Positions 9,140-18,951 of a DNA stretch of 32,000 nucleotides are shown in pieces (position 1 is the first letter of the stretch; every line of letters starts with the position of its first letter). The stretch spans positions 43,289-75,288 of the forward strand of contig JAKFBY010000019.1 in assembly GCA_036677325.1 (NCBI GenBank), given 5' to 3'. The stretch comes from Paucimonas sp. GTDB lineage: Bacteria > Pseudomonadota > Gammaproteobacteria > Burkholderiales > Burkholderiaceae_D. The notes beneath the pieces are model-generated. The model was not told the origin of the DNA and did not search any database. It saw only the letters and a program-made list of their open reading frames with translations. The position numbers and the translations under genes are program-made.

Positions 9140-9215
9140 TGGCTCCCCGACCTGGACTCGAACCAGGGACCTGCGGATTAACAGTCCGTCGCTCTACCAA
9201 CTGAGCTATCAGGGA
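9140..9215 (-). tRNA. tRNA-Asn (anticodon GTT)
   Basis: The reverse complement folds by hand into a 76-nt cloverleaf. Acceptor is TCCCTGA/TCGGGGA, D-arm GCTC-AGTTGGTA-GAGC, anticodon loop CTGTTAA, T-arm CCTGG-TTCGAGT-CCAGG, discriminator G, with encoded CCA. Confidence 0.93.
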
Positions 9216-9278
9216 AAAGAAGCAGCATTATAGGTTATGTTCGCTAGAATTGTCAAAACTTAACAGCGAATTTAATCT

Positions 9279-9303
9279 GCAAGCGAATATACAATTCGCT
9301 TGC
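9279..9303 (-). terminator. perfect 10-bp hairpin just downstream of the aminotransferase stop
   Basis: gcaagcgaat-ataca-attcgcttgc. The tail on the minus strand is AT-rich but not a clean T-run. Confidence 0.4.
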
Positions 9304-9311
9304 GAGCCGCC

Positions 9312-10526
9312 TTACAGCACTTTCGCAATTGCCTCGACGATATTGTCGATGTTGCGGCTATTCAGTGCCGCGACACAAATGCGGCCGGTATCGACCGCAT
9401 AAATCGCGTATTCATCACGCAGGCGCTCCACCTGGGGTTTGGTCAGGCCAGAGTAGGAAAACATGCCGCGCTGCTGGATCACGAAATCGAAATCGTGGTT
9501 TGGCGCCTTGGCTTTCAACTTGGCCACCAGTGCCTGACGCATTTCGCGAATGCGCACCCGCATGCCAGCCAGTTCATCTTCCCACAGCTTGCGCAACTCC
9601 GGCGTCGCCAATACGGTTGCCACCACCTGTCCACCATGGATCGGCGGGTTGGAGTAATTGGTACGGACCACGCGCTTCAATTGCGACAAGACGCGGGCAG
9701 CTTCTTCTGCACTGACTGCCACGATCGACAGTGCGCCAACCCGTTCGCCGTACAGCGAAAACGATTTTGAAAAGGAATTCGACACGAACAGCGGGCCGCC
9801 GGCTTCGGCAAAGCGGCGCACCACCTGGCCGTCGGCATCGATGCCATCGCCAAAGCCTTGATAGGCCATATCCAGGAACGGCACCAGGCCGCGCTGGATG
9901 ACGACCTGGATTACTTCGGTCCATTGGTCGTCAGTCAGGTCGGCACCGGTCGGGTTATGGCAGCAGGCATGCAGCAGCACGATCGAGCCGGCCGGCATGG
10001 TTTTCAGGGCGGCCAGCATGCCGTGGAAATTCACGCCACGGGTGGCCGGGTCGTAATACGGGTAATTGTTGACGGTAAAACCGGCCGATTCGAACAGGGC
10101 GCGGTGGTTTTCCCAGCTCGGATCACTGATCCAGACTTGTGAGCCCGGGGCAAAACGCTTCAGGAAATCGGCGCCCAGTTTCAGGGCGCCGGTGCCTCCA
10201 ATTGCCTGCACGGTAATCGCACGTTTTTCTTGAATAACGGCGCTGTCGGCCCCAAATACCAATTCCTGCACTGCCTTGTCATAGGCAGCCAGTCCGTCGA
10301 TCGGCAGATAGGTTTTCGGCGCCAGCTTTTCCATCAGTTGCGCTTCTGCCTTTTTTACGCACTCCAACAGCGGCACCTTGCCGTTGTCGTCATAGTAGAC
10401 GCCGACGCCAAGATTGGTTTTGTTGGGGTTCTTGTCAGCATTGTAAGCTTCAGTGATCCCGAGAATCGGGTCACGCGGGGCCATCTCAATGGCGCCAAAG
10501 AGCGAGGCAGGAAGAGGTGCGTTCAT
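9312..10526 (-). CDS. aspartate/aromatic amino acid aminotransferase (AspC/TyrB family, class I PLP)
   Basis: Start trimmed to ATG 10526 ([24 protein letters not shown]...), giving 404 aa. Hallmarks are [22 protein letters not shown], the [19 protein letters not shown]-lysine region, and SNPP. Confidence 0.92.
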   Translation of the reverse strand: MNAPLPASLFGAIEMAPRDPILGITEAYNADKNPNKTNLGVGVYYDDNGKVPLLECVKKAEAQLMEKLAPKTYLPIDGLAAYDKAVQELVFGADSAVIQEKRAITVQAIGGTGALKLGADFLKRFAPGSQVWISDPSWENHRALFESAGFTVNNYPYYDPATRGVNFHGMLAALKTMPAGSIVLLHACCHNPTGADLTDDQWTEVIQVVIQRGLVPFLDMAYQGFGDGIDADGQVVRRFAEAGGPLFVSNSFSKSFSLYGERVGALSIVAVSAEEAARVLSQLKRVVRTNYSNPPIHGGQVVATVLATPELRKLWEDELAGMRVRIREMRQALVAKLKAKAPNHDFDFVIQQRGMFSYSGLTKPQVERLRDEYAIYAVDTGRICVAALNSRNIDNIVEAIAKVL

Positions 10527-10643
10527 CGTGATAACATGAAAAGTTGGCTGCAAAACGGATGGGCAGCAGGATTGTCCAACGCACAAAACCACAAGTTTCA
10601 GCGCTGGATTGCAACTAGTTATTCTACCAAAGGTCGAACATTC

Positions 10644-12737
10644 ATGGCTGATTTATCCCAGGTTCCTACTGGCATTGACGAAACCCGCATCGTCACCTTT
10701 CCCGACTCGCCGTTTCAACTGTACCAGCCGTTTGCTCCGGCCGGTGACCAGCCCGAGGCGATTGCCAAGCTGGTCGAAGGCATTGAGGATGGCTTGTCAT
10801 TTCAGACACTGCTAGGCGTGACCGGCTCCGGCAAGACCTATACGGTGGCCAATGTGATTGCCCGCATGGGGCGGCCGGCGATCGTGTTTGCACCGAATAA
10901 AACGCTGGCGGCCCAGCTCTACAGCGAATTCCGCGAGTTTTTTCCGCGCAACGCCGTCGAGTATTTTGTCAGTTATTACGATTATTACCAGCCGGAAGCG
11001 TATGTGCCGCAGCGCGATTTGTTCATTGAAAAAGATTCATCGATCAATGAACATATCGAGCAAATGCGCCTGTCTTGCACCAAGTCACTGATGGAGCGGC
11101 GCGATGTGGTGATCGTGGCCACCGTGTCAGCCATTTACGGTATCGGTAACCCGAACGAATACCATCAGATGATCCTGACCTTGCGAGCCAAGGACAAGGT
11201 TAGTCAACGCGACCTGATTGCCCGGTTGATCCAGATGCAGTACAGCCGCAACGAAGTTGATTTCGCGCGCGGCACCTTCCGAGTGCGCGGCGATACCATC
11301 GATATATTTCCGGCCGAGCATGCCGAATTGGCGCTGCGCGTCGAAATGCTCGATGATGAAATCGACAATCTGCAATTGTTCGATCCGCTGACTGGGCGTG
11401 TGCGCCAGAAAATCCCGCGTTTTACCGTCTATCCCGGCTCGCACTATGTGACGCCACGTGAAACGGTGTTGCGGGCGATCGAATCGATCAAGGAAGAATT
11501 GCGCGAGCGGCTGGAGTTTTTCAGGAAGGAAAACAAGCTGATTGAAGAGCAGCGGCTTGAACAGCGTACCCGCTTTGACCTGGAAATGATGCAGGAAATC
11601 GGCTTTACCAAGGGTATCGAAAACTATTCGCGCCATCTGTCCGGTGCCAAGCCGGGCGAGCCACCGCCGACCCTGGTCGACTATCTGCCCCAGGATGCGC
11701 TGATGTTCCTGGACGAGTCGCACGTGTTGCTCGGCCAGTTGAATGGCATGTACAACGGCGACCGTGCGCGCAAGACCAATCTGGTCGATTACGGCTTTCG
11801 GCTGCCGTCGGCGCTGGATAACCGGCCGTTGCGCTTCGACGAATTCGAGGGCAAGCTGCGGCAAACGGTGTTCGTGTCGGCGACGCCGGCCGAGTACGAG
11901 AAAACCCATGCCGGACAGGTGGTCGAGCAGCTGGTGCGCCCGACCGGATTGACCGATCCGGTCATCACCGTGCGTCCGGCCAGTTCGCAGGTCGATGACC
12001 TGATGTCCGAAATTACCGATCGCATCAAGAAAAAAGAACGGGTGCTGGTCACTACGCTGACCAAACGCATGGCCGAGCAATTGACAGAATTTTTGAGCGA
12101 CAACGGTATCAAGGTACGTTATCTGCATAGCGATATCGATACCGTCGAGCGGGTCGAAATCATTCGTGATTTGCGACTGGGCACATTTGATGTGCTGGTC
12201 GGGATCAACCTGTTGCGCGAAGGCTTGGATATTCCGGAGGTGTCGCTGGTCGCGATTCTGGATGCCGACAAGGAAGGCTTTTTGCGTTCCGAGCGCAGCC
12301 TGATCCAAACCATTGGTCGTGCCGCCCGTAACTTGAATGGCACGGCGATTCTATATGGCGACCGGATTACCGATTCAATGCGCCGCGCCATTGATGAAAC
12401 CGACCGCCGCCGCGTCAAGCAGGTGGCATTCAACAAGCTCAACAACATTACGCCAATCGGTATCAAGAAAGAGATCCGCGATCTGATTGACGGTGTCTAC
12501 AATCCGCAGGAAGCACGGGAAGAATTGCAGGCAGCGCAAGAGCATGCAAAGTATGAATCGATGAGTCAAAAGCAAGCCAGCAAGGAAATCAAGCGCCTGG
12601 AAAAACTGATGGTCGATCATGCCAAGAATCTGGAATTCGAAAAGGCGGCCCAGGTACGCGATCAGCTGCATGTATTGAAGGAAAACCTGTTTGGCGCAGC
12701 AGGCGCGGATAATGTGATTCCGCTGGTCGGCAAGTAA
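10644..12737 (+). CDS. uvrB: excinuclease ABC subunit B
   Basis: Start trimmed to ATG 10644 (MADLSQV...), giving 697 aa. Features include GVTGSGKT (Walker A), [17 protein letters not shown], helicase motifs, and a C-terminal UVR domain ([13 protein letters not shown]). Confidence 0.97.
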   Translation: MADLSQVPTGIDETRIVTFPDSPFQLYQPFAPAGDQPEAIAKLVEGIEDGLSFQTLLGVTGSGKTYTVANVIARMGRPAIVFAPNKTLAAQLYSEFREFFPRNAVEYFVSYYDYYQPEAYVPQRDLFIEKDSSINEHIEQMRLSCTKSLMERRDVVIVATVSAIYGIGNPNEYHQMILTLRAKDKVSQRDLIARLIQMQYSRNEVDFARGTFRVRGDTIDIFPAEHAELALRVEMLDDEIDNLQLFDPLTGRVRQKIPRFTVYPGSHYVTPRETVLRAIESIKEELRERLEFFRKENKLIEEQRLEQRTRFDLEMMQEIGFTKGIENYSRHLSGAKPGEPPPTLVDYLPQDALMFLDESHVLLGQLNGMYNGDRARKTNLVDYGFRLPSALDNRPLRFDEFEGKLRQTVFVSATPAEYEKTHAGQVVEQLVRPTGLTDPVITVRPASSQVDDLMSEITDRIKKKERVLVTTLTKRMAEQLTEFLSDNGIKVRYLHSDIDTVERVEIIRDLRLGTFDVLVGINLLREGLDIPEVSLVAILDADKEGFLRSERSLIQTIGRAARNLNGTAILYGDRITDSMRRAIDETDRRRVKQVAFNKLNNITPIGIKKEIRDLIDGVYNPQEAREELQAAQEHAKYESMSQKQASKEIKRLEKLMVDHAKNLEFEKAAQVRDQLHVLKENLFGAAGADNVIPLVGK

Positions 12738-12954
12738 TGGTCAGCAAATAGCGATCGGCAAGTAAGCGGGGTTGTCTCCCAATGGCAGTGCATCGCCATT
12801 ACCCACAGCCGATCGGTGGCTTGGCGCAAGAGATCGTTAGCGTAGGTAATTGATACTGCGCAAGCATGATTCTGGCAAGTCCGTGCGCCTCGGGTGCGTC
12901 AGGCAGCCGATGCCGTTACAATCGCGGTTTCAATGAAACCGTTGTCATATTCCC

Positions 12955-13749
12955 ATGCCTGACCGAATTCCTTCCGTCATCGTCGATATGCTCACGTTGG
13001 CCGACGTTTCTTGGCGACCGACCCTGTTGGCCGGCTTGGAAGCCGTCGCCAATGCCGCGCCTGATTATTTGCCTGAACTGGTCGCCGCCCCATACCTTCC
13101 CACCGATGGCAGGCTGTTTGCCGCATTTGCCCAACCTCTGCCGGCGGTGTGCTATGTGCTGGTTGGAGAAGGCCCGTATCCGCGACCGGAAAGCGCCACC
13201 GGGTTTTGTTTCATGGATGGCGCCGTGCAGTCATTATGGTCGGCAACCGGGTTATCCAAACCGGTCAATCGGGCGACTTCATTGCGCAATTTTATGAAGA
13301 TGTTGCTGGTCGCCGATGGCCAGTTGACGGCGGGTAATACATCGGGCGATGCACTGGGTGGCATTGCCGTCCAAGCGAATGCCGACGACTCTCTAATCAT
13401 TCAAACCTTGGCCGAATTGCAGGCTAACCTTACCCGGCACGGATTCCTGTTATTGAATGCGGCACTGGTATTTCGCCCGCATATTCCCCCGCTCAAGGAA
13501 GCCAAGGCGTGGCAACCTTTTTTGCAAACCGTTTTGTCAGCACTGGCCGATTATGCCGAGAAGCAAAATTCAGCGCCGCCTACCTTGGTATTGTGGGGAA
13601 AAATCGCCGAGCAATTAAAAGCGGTGCCCTCCAATGCACGCTTTCCGAAGGTGGTTTCCGAGCATCCGTATAACCTCAGCTTCATTCTCAATCCCGCCAT
13701 GCAGGCTTTGTTCGGCCCGATGCATCTGCTGCAAAAGCGCCCAAAATAA
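12955..13749 (+). CDS. uracil-DNA glycosylase family-1-like protein with altered active-site motifs
   Basis: Motif-by-motif resemblance to UNG: VLVGEGPYP (UNG: ILGQDPYH), FLLLNAAL (LLLN), LVLWGKIA, and EHPYNLS (HPSPLS). The start codon is uncertain (no clear SD). Confidence 0.6.
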   Translation: MPDRIPSVIVDMLTLADVSWRPTLLAGLEAVANAAPDYLPELVAAPYLPTDGRLFAAFAQPLPAVCYVLVGEGPYPRPESATGFCFMDGAVQSLWSATGLSKPVNRATSLRNFMKMLLVADGQLTAGNTSGDALGGIAVQANADDSLIIQTLAELQANLTRHGFLLLNAALVFRPHIPPLKEAKAWQPFLQTVLSALADYAEKQNSAPPTLVLWGKIAEQLKAVPSNARFPKVVSEHPYNLSFILNPAMQALFGPMHLLQKRPK

Positions 13750-13932
13750 TCTTCTGGCTGCATCATCAGGCTGCGCTGCCGGTTATTGATCCCGACAAGT
13801 GCGTCGGACTGCCGAACCTGAATTGCTGGCGGCATAGCGGGCACCATTGCCCACGTCAGGCCGGCCCAATCGGCCGGCTGGCAGCAGGCGTTCTGTAACC
13901 GCGTCAATTCGACCGGGACCGAGCTTGTAAAC

Positions 13933-13968
13933 ACGCCACTTACTCGATCCACGCCACTTACTTGATCC
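13933..13968 (+). repeat. tandem 2 x 18-bp direct repeat
   Basis: acgccacttactcgatcc is followed immediately by acgccacttacttgatcc (one mismatch), in an intergenic region. Confidence 0.7.
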
Positions 13969-14326
13969 GTCGCCTAATCTCACTTCCTTTTAAGAAAGCG
14001 CGGGATTTTGCGTCTTGTCAATTATGAGGCGTTCCCAGTGCAATTCTTGCCATGGCTACCTGATCTAAGAGTTGCATATGAAAATCGTAAGCATTTTGTA
14101 AAGCTTACTTTTCAGGTAAAGCTTGCGTTATTTTTTTGCCCATTTCACACAATTGCACTGTGGTAAGCCAGATCAGTCGATCTAGTGAGATGGGATCTTT
14201 TGGCGGGAAATAGGGGCGTGCAGTTGAAATGGCATGCTGTGTGGGCCACTTCACTTTTGTTGGTACAAAGGTTGCGTTGTAATTTTGACAGTGACAGTAC
14301 GTTCAGTCCAGCAAAGGGAGGAAGCG

Positions 14327-15262
14327 ATGAAGGCGACGCGGGTTGCAATTCTATCGTTGGGGTATTTATGCGCAATGGCCGTATACGCCGGCCAGCCCGA
14401 AGATGGCGCGCAGCAGACAAGTCAACCAGAAGAGCCGCTGGCTGACTATGACAGCATTGACTATAACGGGATTGACACCAATCCGACCTATTTTGCCTGG
14501 CAGGATGAGGTGGCTCCTAAAAAGGCAAATATCGCTGGTTTGCATTGGCAGTTCGACTCGGGTTTGCTCGACGGCGTGCACAAGATTGTTGGCTTTTGGC
14601 CCAGCGTGCACTGGCTGAATGCCAACAATTTTGGCACCAGCATGGCATCGCTGGGCTACACCTGGCGCAACTTGAAACTGGAAGGGGCTTTGTTCAGAGA
14701 GCGGGATGCGGAGCAACCACGCCATACCGAATTTCTCCGGCGCTATTCCACCGCCAAACGACTGTCGTACAAGTTTGGCTCGAACTGGGATTTTTATCTC
14801 AGTAGCCGTGCGCACAACAGCCCGGACCAACTGCGCCCGGACCTGAAGGTGCGCCGCAGGACAGCCGCGCTCGCTTACCATAATACGATTAATGGCAACC
14901 CATGGAATACGACGCTGGCAGTTGGGCGAGGTCGTGGTTTGTCAGGAAATTCCGGCACCATGTATCTGTTTGAATCGGCAATGCGTATTGGTCCAAAGCA
15001 CACTGTTTTCGGGCGCTTTGAACGAGCCGGCAATGATGAGCTATTCCGTGAGGAAGAGGCGTCGCGTCAGCGCAGCTATCAAGCCAATAAAATGACCATG
15101 GGCTATCTGTATGACGTGGCCAAGGTGGGCTCGGGCCGGCTCGGCATCGGCGGGCTGGTCAGCCGAAGGGCGGTGCCAGATGAACTGTTGCCTTACTATG
15201 GCAGTCGAAACACCTCGTATATGGTTTTTTTAAGGCTGCAGATGCAATTCGCCGCCAATTAA
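14327..15262 (+). CDS. exported hypothetical protein (possibly outer-membrane beta-rich)
   Basis: Start placed at ATG 14327 after AGGGAGGA. Signal peptide is MKATRVAILSLGYLCAMAVYA. The mature part has alternating aromatic/Gly-rich segments. No family recognised. Confidence 0.55.
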   Translation: MKATRVAILSLGYLCAMAVYAGQPEDGAQQTSQPEEPLADYDSIDYNGIDTNPTYFAWQDEVAPKKANIAGLHWQFDSGLLDGVHKIVGFWPSVHWLNANNFGTSMASLGYTWRNLKLEGALFRERDAEQPRHTEFLRRYSTAKRLSYKFGSNWDFYLSSRAHNSPDQLRPDLKVRRRTAALAYHNTINGNPWNTTLAVGRGRGLSGNSGTMYLFESAMRIGPKHTVFGRFERAGNDELFREEEASRQRSYQANKMTMGYLYDVAKVGSGRLGIGGLVSRRAVPDELLPYYGSRNTSYMVFLRLQMQFAAN

Positions 15263-15325
15263 AAAACGCGATAAAACGGCCGTTCCATGCGGCCCGCATG
15301 ATTTTTTATCTGAACGGACATCGCC

Positions 15326-15673
15326 ATGCATCATCCGATAAGTCCTGAAATGAAAAAATGTATTGAGGCATGCCAGAAATGCCACAATGCCTGTCTGCAA
15401 ATGGCCATGAGCCACAGTCTCGAAAGCGGCGGCCCGCATCTGGAGCCGGGTCATTTCCGGCTAATGATCGATTGCGCCGCCATTTGTCAGTTTGCCGCCG
15501 ATTTCATGTTGCGAGGCTCCCATTTTCACGACCAGACTTGCCAGCTGTGTGCTGCCATTTGCGAATTATGCGCACAAGGCTGCGAACAGGCAGGCGGGAT
15601 GACCGACTGTGCCCAGGCCTGCAGGCGTTGCGCCGAAAGCTGCAGGCAAGTGATTGAATCGATGGTGGTGTAA
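15326..15673 (+). CDS. four-helix-bundle Cys-rich copper-binding protein (DUF326 / Csp3-like)
   Basis: 115 aa with 15 Cys arranged in repeated CxxxC/CxxC helical spacing (CIEACQKCHNAC ... CQLCAAICELCAQGC ... CAQACRRCAESC). No signal peptide. Confidence 0.8.
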   Translation: MHHPISPEMKKCIEACQKCHNACLQMAMSHSLESGGPHLEPGHFRLMIDCAAICQFAADFMLRGSHFHDQTCQLCAAICELCAQGCEQAGGMTDCAQACRRCAESCRQVIESMVV

Positions 15674-15993
15674 GCCGCTTATTACACTGCATTGTTCGAC
15701 AATAGCGATTCGCGAGTCATGTCTACACAGATTTGACCACTTGGTTGCCGGTTTCTTCTCAAATACATTACAAACGTGATTGTTTGGGATAATTCATGGT
15801 TCATGGCAAGGTTTGCCGTAGTTGATTCAGTCCTCAGTCAGTCGAGGAAAATGTGCTCAATGTTCCAACTTCGTTGTCACATCCCAGGTAACTTATAAAA
15901 ATTACCACTTGGAAATTCCATCTCTTTCCTCATCCTTCTCCGGTCTTGATTTCTCAAATAGCTGGATACCTGACAGATTTAGTCAACTTTGAT

Positions 15994-16018
15994 ATACTTG
16001 ACTATAATGATCAACAAC
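15994..16018 (+). promoter_or_regulatory. candidate IscR type-1 operator overlapping a TATAAT box
   Basis: ATACTTGACTATAATGATCAACAAC matches about 19-20 of 25 positions of the E. coli type-1 consensus ATASYYGACTRWWWYAGTCRRSTAT as I recall it. TATAAT is at 16004-16009, about 110 nt upstream of iscR. Confidence 0.35.
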
Positions 16019-16116
16019 TCAGGTCATTGTCGAAAATTAGGATTTTTCGGCAATGTACTCGGATGTCTCGGGTTTATTTGACAGGCAATGCAATTTCGAA
16101 TTTGAGGTGGTAATAA

Positions 16117-16590
16117 ATGAGATTGACAACCAAAGGCCGTTTTGCCGTGACCGCGATGATCGACCTTGCCTTGCGCGAGGATAAGGGGCCGGTGACGCTG
16201 GCTGCAATCAGCCGGCGCCAGGAAATATCGCTTTCTTATCTGGAGCAATTGTTTGGCAAATTGCGCCGCCATGAAATTGTCGAGTCGGTGCGCGGACCCG
16301 GAGGCGGCTATAATCTTGCTCGGCGTGCAGAGGATGTGACGGTTGCCGATATTATTATTGCCGTCGATGAGCCGCTGGATGCGACGCAGTGCGGCGGCAA
16401 GGAAAATTGCCATGGCCCCGATCATGAAGCTGGCAGCCGCTGCATGACGCATGACCTGTGGTCGACCCTGAATGCCAAGATGGTGGAATATCTGGATTCG
16501 GTGTCGCTGAAAGATTTAGTGGATCAGCAAAAACAGAAAGTTGCTGAACAGCGCGTGGTATCGATCGTGCGCCCCCACGTTGTGGTTTGA
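16117..16590 (+). CDS. iscR: Fe-S cluster assembly transcriptional regulator IscR (Rrf2 family)
   Basis: [18 protein letters not shown]... is an Rrf2 wHTH. Cluster-ligand Cys residues occur in the QCGGKENC...SRCMTHDLW region. Its position heads the isc operon. Confidence 0.93.
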   Translation: MRLTTKGRFAVTAMIDLALREDKGPVTLAAISRRQEISLSYLEQLFGKLRRHEIVESVRGPGGGYNLARRAEDVTVADIIIAVDEPLDATQCGGKENCHGPDHEAGSRCMTHDLWSTLNAKMVEYLDSVSLKDLVDQQKQKVAEQRVVSIVRPHVVV

Positions 16591-16604
16591 TTGGAGTGGA
16601 AAGA

Positions 16605-17858
16605 ATGAATGCCCCTTTGGAAAAAAGCCTGCTGGATACCCTGAAGGCACCGCACTTCCCGATTTATATGGATTATTCGGCGACCACGCCGATTGATCCG
16701 CGGGTCGCGGACAAGATGATTCCGTACCTGCGCGAGCAGTTCGGCAACCCGGCTTCGCGCAGCCATATGTATGGCTGGACGGCGGAAAAAGCGGTCGAGG
16801 AAGCACGCGAACAGGTAGCAGCCCTGGTCAATGCCGATTCTCGCGAGATCATCTGGACGTCGGGTGCAACCGAGAGCAATAACCTGGCCTTGAAGGGCGC
16901 AGCGCACTTCTACAAGACCAAGGGAAAGCACATCATCACCGTCAAGACCGAGCACAAGGCGGTGCTGGATCCGGTGCGCGAACTGGAGCGTCAGGGCTTT
17001 GACGCCACCTACCTGCAACCGCAGGACAATGGTTTGATCACCATCGCCCAACTTGAAGAAGCAATTCGTCCGGACACGATTCTGGTGTCGGTCATGCTGG
17101 TCAATAATGAAATCGGCGTGATCCAGCCAATCGACGAAATCGGCGAATTGTGCCGCAAGAAAGGCATCATTTTCCATTGCGACGCCGCGCAGGCAACCGG
17201 CAAGGTCCACATTGACCTGGAAAAGACCAAGGTCGACCTGATGACCTTTACTGCCCATAAAACCTACGGTCCAAAGGGCGTCGGTGCCCTGTACGTGCGC
17301 CGCAAGCCGCGCGTGCGCATCGAAGCGCAGATGCATGGCGGCGGTCATGAACGCGGCCTGCGTTCCGGCACCTTGCCGACCCACCAGATCGTCGGCATGG
17401 GCGAAGCGTTCCGTATCGCCCGTGAAGAAATGGATAGCGAACTGGCGCACATCAAGGCGATGCGCGACCGTCTGGCCAAGGGACTGCTGGAAATCGAGGA
17501 AGTCTATATCAACGGTGACATGGAGCATCGTGTACCGCATAACCTCAATGTCAGCTTCAATTATGTTGAGGGCGAGTCGCTGATCATGGCAGTCAAGGAT
17601 ATCGCGGTATCAAGCGGTTCTGCCTGCACCTCGGCCAGCCTGGAGCCGTCGTATGTATTGCGAGCCCTGGGCCGCAGCGATGAACTGGCGCATAGTTCGA
17701 TTCGTTTCACCTTTGGCCGTTTCACCACGGAAGCCGATATCGATTTCACGATCAATCTGATCAAGACGAAAGTAGCGAAATTGCGCGAGCTTTCGCCTTT
17801 GTGGGACATGTACAAGGAAGGGATCGATATCAATTCGATCCAGTGGGCAGCGCACTGA
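16605..17858 (+). CDS. iscS: cysteine desulfurase IscS
   Basis: Start placed at ATG 16605 after GGAGTGGA. Near-collinear with E. coli IscS ([18 protein letters not shown], HKx[24 protein letters not shown]). Confidence 0.97.
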   Translation: MNAPLEKSLLDTLKAPHFPIYMDYSATTPIDPRVADKMIPYLREQFGNPASRSHMYGWTAEKAVEEAREQVAALVNADSREIIWTSGATESNNLALKGAAHFYKTKGKHIITVKTEHKAVLDPVRELERQGFDATYLQPQDNGLITIAQLEEAIRPDTILVSVMLVNNEIGVIQPIDEIGELCRKKGIIFHCDAAQATGKVHIDLEKTKVDLMTFTAHKTYGPKGVGALYVRRKPRVRIEAQMHGGGHERGLRSGTLPTHQIVGMGEAFRIAREEMDSELAHIKAMRDRLAKGLLEIEEVYINGDMEHRVPHNLNVSFNYVEGESLIMAVKDIAVSSGSACTSASLEPSYVLRALGRSDELAHSSIRFTFGRFTTEADIDFTINLIKTKVAKLRELSPLWDMYKEGIDINSIQWAAH

Positions 17859-18008
17859 CAGGAGGCCGCAAAACTACTGCGCAATTCATATTTCGATTTC
17901 CGGTGCTCAGCGTACATCTCGTACGCTTCCGCTCCTCAACCGAACTCTGAACTGCTCGCTACGTTTTTCGACCCCCTGCGAAAACCAGGATTAACAAGGA
18001 GTAGCAAA

Positions 18009-18410
18009 ATGGCTTATTCAGAAAAAGTTCTCGACCATTATGAAAACCCGCGCAATGTCGGCGCTTTTGAAAAAGGCGATGACACCGTAGGCACCGGCAT
18101 GGTTGGCGCGCCTGCATGCGGCGACGTAATGAAGCTGCAGATCAAGGTCGGTGAAGATGGCGTGATCCAGGATGCCAAGTTCAAGACGTACGGCTGTGGC
18201 TCTGCAATTGCGTCTTCCTCGCTGGTGACGGAATGGGTCAAGGGCAAAACCCTGGATCAGGCATTGACGATCAAGAATACCCAGATCGCTGAAGAACTGG
18301 CGCTACCGCCGGTAAAGATCCATTGCTCGATCCTGGCTGAAGATGCGATCAAGGCAGCGGTGCTGGATTACCAGGCCAAACATGCTGCGGCGGCCAAGGA
18401 AACGGCATAA
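18009..18410 (+). CDS. iscU: Fe-S cluster assembly scaffold IscU
   Basis: [43 protein letters not shown] and LPPVKIHCS. Confidence 0.97.
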   Translation: MAYSEKVLDHYENPRNVGAFEKGDDTVGTGMVGAPACGDVMKLQIKVGEDGVIQDAKFKTYGCGSAIASSSLVTEWVKGKTLDQALTIKNTQIAEELALPPVKIHCSILAEDAIKAAVLDYQAKHAAAAKETA

Positions 18411-18463
18411 GGCGGTGCGGGAAAGTTGCCGCCAATTCAAGGCGGCGCGTTGAGGAAAGTACG

Positions 18464-18787
18464 ATGGCAATTACACTGACTGAAAAAGCGGCGAAACATA
18501 TCAGCCGTTATATTGAGCGGCGCGGCAAGGGCGTCGGCCTGCGTTTCGGCGTGCGCACGACCGGTTGCTCCGGCTTGGCGTACAAACTGGAATATGTCGA
18601 TGAGAGCGCGGCGGAAGACCAGGTGTTCGAGTCGCACGGCGTCAAGGTGTTTGTTGATCCGAAAAGCCTGCCGTATATTGATGGCACCGAACTCGACTTT
18701 GCGCGGGAAGGCTTGAATGAGGGATTCAAGTTTCGCAATCCGAACATGAAGGATGAATGCGGTTGCGGCGAAAGTTTTCGTATTTAA
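18464..18787 (+). CDS. iscA: iron-binding/Fe-S carrier protein IscA
   Basis: 107 aa with GCSG in the N-terminal part and C-terminal CGCGESF. Confidence 0.95.
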   Translation: MAITLTEKAAKHISRYIERRGKGVGLRFGVRTTGCSGLAYKLEYVDESAAEDQVFESHGVKVFVDPKSLPYIDGTELDFAREGLNEGFKFRNPNMKDECGCGESFRI

Positions 18788-18911
18788 TAGAAACTGATAC
18801 AGCTGATACACTTGATGGTTCGATCATCGCACGATGACGGGAATCGAAGCGCAATAAAAGCGAAATGAATGTGACGCCAGTGACCAAGCCAGCGACGCCC
18901 GCCTAATTACG

Positions 18912-18944
18912 AAGCCTGTTGAAGTTTGAACAGGCTTTTGTTTT
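18912..18944 (+). terminator. intra-operon terminator-like hairpin between iscA and hscB
   Basis: aagcctgtt (18912-18920), an 8-nt loop, aacaggctt (18929-18937), then ttgtttt. Confidence 0.5.
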
Positions 18945-18951
18945 AAAAACT

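Noticed and set aside
7107-9215. Calling the tRNA-Asn-flanked segment an intact genomic island or prophage
   Set aside because: It has no integrase, excisionase or other mobility ORF, and the repeat is imperfect. It is reported only as a remnant or ambiguous duplication.
10230-10643. N-terminal 138-aa extension of the uvrB ORF
   Set aside because: It overlaps the aminotransferase gene on the other strand. UvrB homology starts at MADLSQV (10644).
11127-12308. 393-aa ORF antisense to uvrB
   Set aside because: It lies entirely inside the well-supported uvrB CDS on the opposite strand. It is Arg/Gln/His-rich low-complexity translation, typical of shadow ORFs in GC-rich coding DNA.
15998-16009. 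TTGACT immediately abutting TATAAT read as a -35/-10 pair
   Set aside because: The spacing is 0 nt, so it cannot be a sigma-70 -35/-10 pair. TTGACT is better explained as part of the IscR-box half-site.
16524-17540. 338-aa ORF antisense to iscS
   Set aside because: It is a shadow ORF opposite a highly conserved gene and has no recognisable motifs.
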